Assembly: GCA_964496765.1 (NCBI GenBank)
Contig: CAZCAP010000003.1
Location: 1-32,000 of the forward strand
Origin: an uncultured archaeon
GTDB taxonomy: Archaea > Iainarchaeota > Iainarchaeia > Iainarchaeales > CSSED10-239
DNA: 32,000 nucleotides
Reading direction: 5' to 3'
Shown: piece after piece, positions 26,631 to 32,000 of the stretch
How positions within the stretch are numbered: position 1 is the stretch's first letter
Layout of the letters: each line of letters starts with the position of its first letter
The notes under the pieces: generated by a model
Told to the model about the DNA's origin: nothing
The model's database searches: none
The model's input: only the letters and a program-made list of their open reading frames with translations
Position numbers and translations under genes: made by a program

Positions 26631-27563
26631 TTAACTAATTTTTTCTTTGAGAAGTAGTTCTTTCCATTCTCTATCAACGTGTTCTTGTATTTTTTTAATT
26701 TCTGCTTTATTCTTAAGAACTGCATTAAACTTTGTTTGTGTTTTTAGAAATTCTTCAACACTTTTTCTTTTTTCTGGTTTGTAATTTATTTTATATTTTC
26801 CATCTTCATATTCATACAATGGATATGAATTTGTTTCAATTGCAAGTTTGCTAATGGAAATTGTTTCATTAGTTGGTGCTTTCATGTTTGTTGGGCAAGC
26901 AGCAAATGCAATAAGAACACTTGGTCCTTTCTTTTCAAAAGCTTTTTTGACCTTTTCAAACATATCCCCAAGATCTGCTGGATTAATTGTTGCCACATAT
27001 GGTATGTTATGAGCAATTGCTATTTTTGCTAGATCCTTTTGGAATTCTTTTTTGCCATCAACAATTTTCCCTGATGGGGTTGTGGTTGTTGATGCTCCCA
27101 TTGGTGTTGCAGATGACCTTTGATTTCCAGTGTTCATATAACCTTCGTTATCATAACAAATATAAACAAAATTATGCCCTCTCTCTAACGCTCCAGATAA
27201 AGATTGCAATCCAATATCAAATGTTCCACCATCTCCACCAAAGGCCATGAATTTTATATTTTCTTTTATCTTTCCTTTTTTCTTTTGAGCAAGATAAGCT
27301 GTTTCTACTCCTGATATGGTTGCTGCTGCATTAGCAAATAAAGAATGTATCCATGGTGTATTCCAGGAAGTGTATGGATAAATAGTTGTTGTTACTTCTG
27401 CACAGGATGTTGCACTTGCAACAACAACTGGATCATCAGTTGCAGCAAGAGCGGTTCTTAGAATAACAGTAATTGGACAACCAGGACAGGTTCTGTGACC
27501 AGAAACAACCTTTTTCTTTTCATGTATTTTAAAAGCTAATTCTTTTGCATTCATAATTATCAT
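26631..27563 (-). CDS. porB: Pyruvate (2-oxoacid):ferredoxin oxidoreductase beta subunit
   Basis: CPGCPITVILR Cys motif and TPP-binding GGDGGTFDIGLQSL...YDNEGYMNTGNQ. Confidence 0.9.
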   Translation of the reverse strand: MIIMNAKELAFKIHEKKKVVSGHRTCPGCPITVILRTALAATDDPVVVASATSCAEVTTTIYPYTSWNTPWIHSLFANAAATISGVETAYLAQKKKGKIKENIKFMAFGGDGGTFDIGLQSLSGALERGHNFVYICYDNEGYMNTGNQRSSATPMGASTTTTPSGKIVDGKKEFQKDLAKIAIAHNIPYVATINPADLGDMFEKVKKAFEKKGPSVLIAFAACPTNMKAPTNETISISKLAIETNSYPLYEYEDGKYKINYKPEKRKSVEEFLKTQTKFNAVLKNKAEIKKIQEHVDREWKELLLKEKIS

Positions 27564-27567
27564 TCTC

Positions 27568-28722
27568 TTATTTTAATCCAATATATCTATTCTTGGGTGC
27601 TTTATTGTTCATAACATCTACTATTAATTTTTCAATTTCTTTTTCATAAATGTCTCTTCCACCAAGTCCAAACACATAACTATAAACATTTGCATTTATT
27701 TTATTTCTTGCAAGAGCAATCATTACATCCTTATACACAGGAGGGAAAGAACCAGGTCCTTCACTTCTTTCAAGAATAATTATCTTCTTTGCTTTTTTTA
27801 GGCAACTAGCATAATCATCATAGAGGAAAGGTCTATAGAGAATAGGTCTAAGCAATCCAACGTTCTTTTTGTCTTTTCTTAATTTATCAATAACATCCTT
27901 TGTGCTTTCAGCAGTTGATGATAAAACAATAATAATTGTTTCTGAATTACTTGCAAAATAATCTTCATAAATATTAATTTTTTTATTAAATTTTTTTTTA
28001 AATTCAGTTGCTATTTTAATATAATTTTCTCTAACCTTAGAAAAAGCATCAAACATATCCACTCTTATCTCAAAATACGAATCCGGAAGAGCAAGAGAAC
28101 CAATAGAAATTGGTTTCTTTGTATTTAAAAGATTATATGCTGGCTTATATTCTCCAATAAATGATTTAACTTTTTTATTTTCAAATACTTCTACTCCTGT
28201 TACATTATGACTTGTTATAAATCCATCCTGGCAAACCATTATTGGAAGATTAACAGATTCAGCTAGTCTTAAAGAAAACAAAGTCATTTCATAGGCTTCC
28301 TGTGCATTTTCACAATAAACCTGCATCCATCCTTGATCAAGGCAAGACATAGAATCAGAATGATCACAATGAATATTAATTGGAGCAGATATTGCTCTAT
28401 TAACAATTGGCATAAGAATAGGTAATCTAAATCCTGATGTAACACTTAAAACTTCATACATGTAAAGTAATCCCTGAGAAGAGGTTGCAGTAATTGCTCT
28501 TACTCCAGAAGCTTGTGCTCCAACAACAGCAGAAAGAGCAGAGTGCTCTGATTCAACTCTAATTATTTCTGTATCAACTTCTCCATTTGCTTCGTATCTA
28601 GCAAAAGTTTCAATGATGGGGGTTTGAGGAGTAATTGGATACATTGAAACCACATCAGGATTAATTTGTTTTAAAGCATAGGCAACAGCCTCCCCGCCAG
28701 ATAATGCAAATTTTTTATTCAT
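27568..28722 (-). CDS. porA: Pyruvate (2-oxoacid):ferredoxin oxidoreductase alpha subunit
   Basis: LSGGEAVAYALKQINPDVVSMYPITPQT, plus ATSSQGLLYMYE. Its ATG overlaps the stop of the upstream HD gene (ATGA at 28719-28722). Confidence 0.9.
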   Translation of the reverse strand: MNKKFALSGGEAVAYALKQINPDVVSMYPITPQTPIIETFARYEANGEVDTEIIRVESEHSALSAVVGAQASGVRAITATSSQGLLYMYEVLSVTSGFRLPILMPIVNRAISAPINIHCDHSDSMSCLDQGWMQVYCENAQEAYEMTLFSLRLAESVNLPIMVCQDGFITSHNVTGVEVFENKKVKSFIGEYKPAYNLLNTKKPISIGSLALPDSYFEIRVDMFDAFSKVRENYIKIATEFKKKFNKKINIYEDYFASNSETIIIVLSSTAESTKDVIDKLRKDKKNVGLLRPILYRPFLYDDYASCLKKAKKIIILERSEGPGSFPPVYKDVMIALARNKINANVYSYVFGLGGRDIYEKEIEKLIVDVMNNKAPKNRYIGLK

Positions 28723-29297
28723 AATTTTTCATTTTCTATATTTTCTTTTTTTAAATAATCTTCTTTTTTTAAATATTCAATTAATTCATTGAAGAATGAA
28801 TGGATTTCTGGAATTGATTCTAAATATTTTTCTTTATGATCTCTTAACATTTTTTCTGTCCAGTTCTCTTTTTTCCAATTCTCTTTATAATCCATCATGT
28901 GGAGAACTGACTCTAATTTATCTATCGCTTTTGCAAATTTTGCTTCAATTGTTTTTTCTGCTTCGAATTCTATAAACAAATTATAATACTCATCTTTTAT
29001 TGCATCAGGAAGTTTTGTTTTTAATATCTTTGCTCCTTCTGCTTCAGGAATTTTTCTGTTATCTCTTTCTAATATATGTATATCTCCAGATATTATTTCA
29101 ACCATATCGTGATATGCAAGCAACTTCAAAACTTGTAGCTCATTTATTTCTAATTTTGTCTTCTTTAAAAAATATTCAGCTAATAGAATGCAACTCCACG
29201 AATGTTCTGCAGAACTTTCGTTCCTATTTCCAACTTGAGAAAATCTATTAACTTCTTTTAATTTTAATATAAATCTTATTTTATCCAGTTCTTGCAT
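28719..29297 (-). CDS. HD-domain phosphohydrolase, YfbR-like (5'-deoxynucleotidase type)
   Basis: NRNESSAEHSWSCILLAEYF ... LLAYHDMVEIISGDI ... KAIDKLESV match the HD_3/YfbR pattern (H...HD...D). It starts 3 nt after the porD stop and overlaps the porA start by 4 nt. Confidence 0.75.
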   Translation of the reverse strand: MQELDKIRFILKLKEVNRFSQVGNRNESSAEHSWSCILLAEYFLKKTKLEINELQVLKLLAYHDMVEIISGDIHILERDNRKIPEAEGAKILKTKLPDAIKDEYYNLFIEFEAEKTIEAKFAKAIDKLESVLHMMDYKENWKKENWTEKMLRDHKEKYLESIPEIHSFFNELIEYLKKEDYLKKENIENEKL

Positions 29298-29300
29298 ATT

Positions 29301-29588
29301 CTATTCCTCAACCATTTTTATGCACTTAACAGGACACACCTGTGCACAAATTCCACAACCCTTACAATAATCTAGATCTGTTTTTGTTCTTTTAATTTGT
29401 CCTTTCTTAACCTCTGCGAGAATACAGTTTTCTGGGCAAGAATTATAGCACATCATGCATTGAATACATTTCTTGGAATCCCATTCTGGTTTCTTGTATC
29501 TCCAGTTCCCTGTTTTATTGTTTATGGATGTTCCTCCAGGAAGAACTCCACCAAGCATGTGCTTATCTATTTTAATATTTTTTTTCAT
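29301..29588 (-). CDS. porD: Pyruvate (2-oxoacid):ferredoxin oxidoreductase delta subunit (2x[4Fe-4S] ferredoxin)
   Basis: CIQCMMCYNSCP and CKGCGICAQVCP cluster motifs; 95 aa. Confidence 0.9.
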   Translation of the reverse strand: MKKNIKIDKHMLGGVLPGGTSINNKTGNWRYKKPEWDSKKCIQCMMCYNSCPENCILAEVKKGQIKRTKTDLDYCKGCGICAQVCPVKCIKMVEE

Positions 29589-29594
29589 ATGTTA

Positions 29595-30143
29595 TCATTT
29601 CTTGAAATATTTGTGTCCCAATTTAAGGCATTCAATATTTGGTTTAACAAGATGTTCTTTTCCTTTTTTTCTAAATTCATCTTCTATTGTTTTAATAACT
29701 ATACTTAATTTAATATCAAACAATTTGCAAAGAACTCCCAAAAGAACAATGTTAGGATTATTTCCTTTTGTTTTTTCAAGAGCTATTTTTGTTCCTGGAA
29801 TAAAATATGTTTTCTTATTCTTTATTTTTTTCTTTATCTCTGGTTTATCTGTGTTTATAATATAAATTGAGTTATAATCTTTGGTTCCTGCAAGAGTATC
29901 TAAAAGGTTAGCATCAATAACAATAACACAATCTGGATTAGTAATTGGTTCATGAATTCTTATCTTTCCTTTGGATATTCTAACAAACGCCTTAACAGGT
30001 GCCCCCCTTCTTTCTGGCCCATATTCTGGAAAAGCAAGAACATTATATCCTGCAATTAACAAAGATTCTCCTAGAATTTGAGTAAAAGTTTTTGCACCAA
30101 GTCCACCACGACCAAAAATAATTACGTCCAGATTATCTTTCAT
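29595..30143 (-). CDS. porG: Pyruvate (2-oxoacid):ferredoxin oxidoreductase gamma subunit
   Basis: IIFGRGGLGAKTFTQILGESLLIAGYNVLAFPEYGPERRGAPVKAFVRIS is the canonical gamma-subunit N-terminus. Confidence 0.9.
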   Translation of the reverse strand: MKDNLDVIIFGRGGLGAKTFTQILGESLLIAGYNVLAFPEYGPERRGAPVKAFVRISKGKIRIHEPITNPDCVIVIDANLLDTLAGTKDYNSIYIINTDKPEIKKKIKNKKTYFIPGTKIALEKTKGNNPNIVLLGVLCKLFDIKLSIVIKTIEDEFRKKGKEHLVKPNIECLKLGHKYFKK

Positions 30144-30206
30144 AAATTATCCCTACATATATAGTATATAGGAATGTAAATAGATGTTTTTTTATAACTA
30201 TTTATT

Positions 30207-30944
30207 TCAAAGATGTTTTTTAATTAAATGAGGACTTCTTCGTGGCCAAGAGTGCCCCCCTTCAACTAAATGTACCTTTGGATTTTTAAGATTACTTTTG
30301 TATTTTTGTAAATAATCATCAGGAAATAGTCTGTCATGTGTGCCCCAAATTATCTTTGTTTTACACCCTACCTTCTGTAAGTCCTTACTTTGGTCAATTC
30401 TATTTAATTTAAAAAATTGTTTCCAAAAATCAATATTTAGTATATTTCTTTCAATATTTTTCTTAATGATTAGCTTTTCTATTTTACTTCTTGGCTCGTG
30501 CTTTGCTATTGATTTTGATTTCGAATATGCATTTTTAAATAATTTTAATAAAATATTTAATTCAGAATAATATTTAATTCCTGCTGGATTAAGCAATATA
30601 AGTTCTTTTATGTTTGTATTTGTTGCAGCATATTTCACAGCAAGAATTGCACCTGCTGAATGTCCTATAATTGTTGGATGGTCTATGTTTTTAATTTTAA
30701 TAAATTCATCTAAAACTGTTGAAATATTTGTTTTGCTTGTTAGTTTGCTTGATAATCCATGTCCTGGTAAATCAAATGCATATACCCTGTAACTCTCAGC
30801 AAGTTCACTAATTAGTTTTTTATATCCTCTTATATCTGTAAATATTCCGTGAACCAGAACCAAGGGAGGGGATTTAATTTTACCTCTTGCAATATAGTTA
30901 ATCTTTTGATTATTAATATATATTTCACTCATATGCTTATTCAA
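30207..30944 (-). CDS. Alpha/beta-fold hydrolase
   Basis: LVLVHGIF (oxyanion region), nucleophile elbow GHSAGA, and C-terminal THDRLFP / GGHSWP (Asp/His). Confidence 0.75.
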   Translation of the reverse strand: MNKHMSEIYINNQKINYIARGKIKSPPLVLVHGIFTDIRGYKKLISELAESYRVYAFDLPGHGLSSKLTSKTNISTVLDEFIKIKNIDHPTIIGHSAGAILAVKYAATNTNIKELILLNPAGIKYYSELNILLKLFKNAYSKSKSIAKHEPRSKIEKLIIKKNIERNILNIDFWKQFFKLNRIDQSKDLQKVGCKTKIIWGTHDRLFPDDYLQKYKSNLKNPKVHLVEGGHSWPRRSPHLIKKHL

Positions 30945-31000
30945 CTCTTGATTATATATAAACTAGAAGGATTTATATTACTTTTTCTGTATATATACTT

Positions 31001-32000
31001 ATGGTTCAGCTAAATAAGATATTCAATCCAAAATCAATTGCACTAATTGGAGCATCAGATAAGCCAGAATCTGTTGGAAGAACTTTATCTGAGAACCTAT
31101 CCACCTACACAGGAAACGTGTATCTAATTAATCCTCGTCTTTCTGGGTGTAAACTATTTAGAAGAGATATTTATAAATCTATTTTAGCGCTTCCAGAAGT
31201 AGTTGATCTCTGTATAATTGCAGTTCCAACAAAAGTAATCATTTCTGTGGTTCATGATGTTGTTAAAAGTAAATGTAAAAACATAATTATGGTAACCTCT
31301 GGATTTAATGAGGTTGGAAAAGATAAATTAACAAAAGAACTTATTGATATTATTGAAAAAAACAATATTAATTTAATTGGACCAAATTGTCTAGGATTAT
31401 TAAACCAAGATAATGATTTAAATGCAACCTTTAATTCTAAGCATAAGCTTGTTCTTCCTGCAAAAGGAAACGTTTCAATTATTTCTCAATCAGGAGCACT
31501 TGGTATTGCTTTGCTTGATCTTGCAGGCTATGAAGATCTAAAAATTAATAAGTTTGTTTCCTATGGTAATGCATTAAACATAGATGAATCTGATTTGCTT
31601 GATTTTTTAGAAACTGATAAGGAAACTGATGTTATACTAGCCTACATTGAAGGAATTAAAAACGGAAAAAAGTTCATACAGTCTTTAAATAGAGTTTCAA
31701 GCAAGAAAAAAGTAATAATATTAAAAGGTGGAATTAGTGATATTGGGAATCAGGCAGCAATGAGTCATACTGCAGCAATTGCAGGAACAAAGGAGGTGTT
31801 TGATACAGTTGTTTCTGAATCAGGAGCATACATGGTAAGATCAATCACTGAAATGTTTAATTTAGCTAAGATACTTGCAGCTAATAAAAATAAAACTATT
31901 AAAAATGTACAAGTTATCACAAATGGTGGTGGACTTGGTGTTCTTGTTTCTGATCAACTTGATTTAAACCATATTCCATTGGCTGTGATATCTAAAGAAT
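31001..32000 (+). CDS. acd: Acetyl-CoA synthetase (ADP-forming)/acyl-CoA synthetase, CoA-binding alpha region; 3' end outside the window
   Basis: I translated the frame from ATG 31001 to the window end with no stop. MVQLNKIFNPKSIALIGASDKPESVGRTL..., IGPNCLGLL, ISQSGALGIALLD and AMSHTAAIAG (phosphohistidine loop) match the NDP-forming acyl-CoA synthetase family. It is absent from the ORF track because no stop lies inside the window. Confidence 0.85.
   Translation, partial: MVQLNKIFNPKSIALIGASDKPESVGRTLSENLSTYTGNVYLINPRLSGCKLFRRDIYKSILALPEVVDLCIIAVPTKVIISVVHDVVKSKCKNIIMVTSGFNEVGKDKLTKELIDIIEKNNINLIGPNCLGLLNQDNDLNATFNSKHKLVLPAKGNVSIISQSGALGIALLDLAGYEDLKINKFVSYGNALNIDESDLLDFLETDKETDVILAYIEGIKNGKKFIQSLNRVSSKKKVIILKGGISDIGNQAAMSHTAAIAGTKEVFDTVVSESGAYMVRSITEMFNLAKILAANKNKTIKNVQVITNGGGLGVLVSDQLDLNHIPLAVISKE

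Noticed and set aside
29397-29865. 103-aa and 130-aa plus-strand ORFs, plus other antisense ORFs in the por region (26987..27250, 29000..29251)
   Set aside because: They lie antisense to the strongly supported porB, HD, porD and porG genes.

Overview
Gene-dense, strongly AT-rich archaeal chromosome segment with about 31 protein genes, one tRNA, short spacers, many GGTGA/AGGAGG-type ribosome-binding sites and several abutting or 4-bp-overlapping stop/start junctions. The archaeal assignment rests on DNA topoisomerase VI A+B, MCM, an RPA-type ssDNA-binding protein, aIF2-beta, aIF1A, a RIO kinase plus KH (Dim2-like) pair, an archaeal/eukaryal-type TrpRS, a presenilin-type intramembrane protease, and a tRNA-Gln with the archaeal A1-U72 acceptor pair. 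Small proteins with Lys/Asn/Glu-rich tails, a fermentative POR + ADP-forming acetyl-CoA synthetase module and two dNMP-phosphatase families are consistent with, but do not prove, a reduced-genome DPANN-type archaeon. I saw no CRISPR array, transposase, integrase or rRNA. Most of the window is housekeeping. The stretches worth a second look are: (1) a bacterial/phage-type Bro-N/DinD-like gene 14 nt upstream of MCM, preceded by the longest and most structured spacer; (2) one ORF fusing an AsnB-type glutamine amidotransferase/synthetase to a Dph6-type diphthamide-synthetase PP-loop domain; (3) an HD-domain phosphohydrolase inside a porG-porD-X-porA-porB operon; (4) a secreted Cys-punctuated coiled-coil protein coupled to a small membrane anchor; (5) two uncharacterised basic proteins, one with Tiki/ChaN-like motifs; (6) an orphan, N-terminally extended FlaI/VirB11-type ATPase convergent with a COG1373 ATPase; (7) two perfect AT palindromes upstream of top6B. 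All family assignments come from motif recognition by eye; no database search was run.
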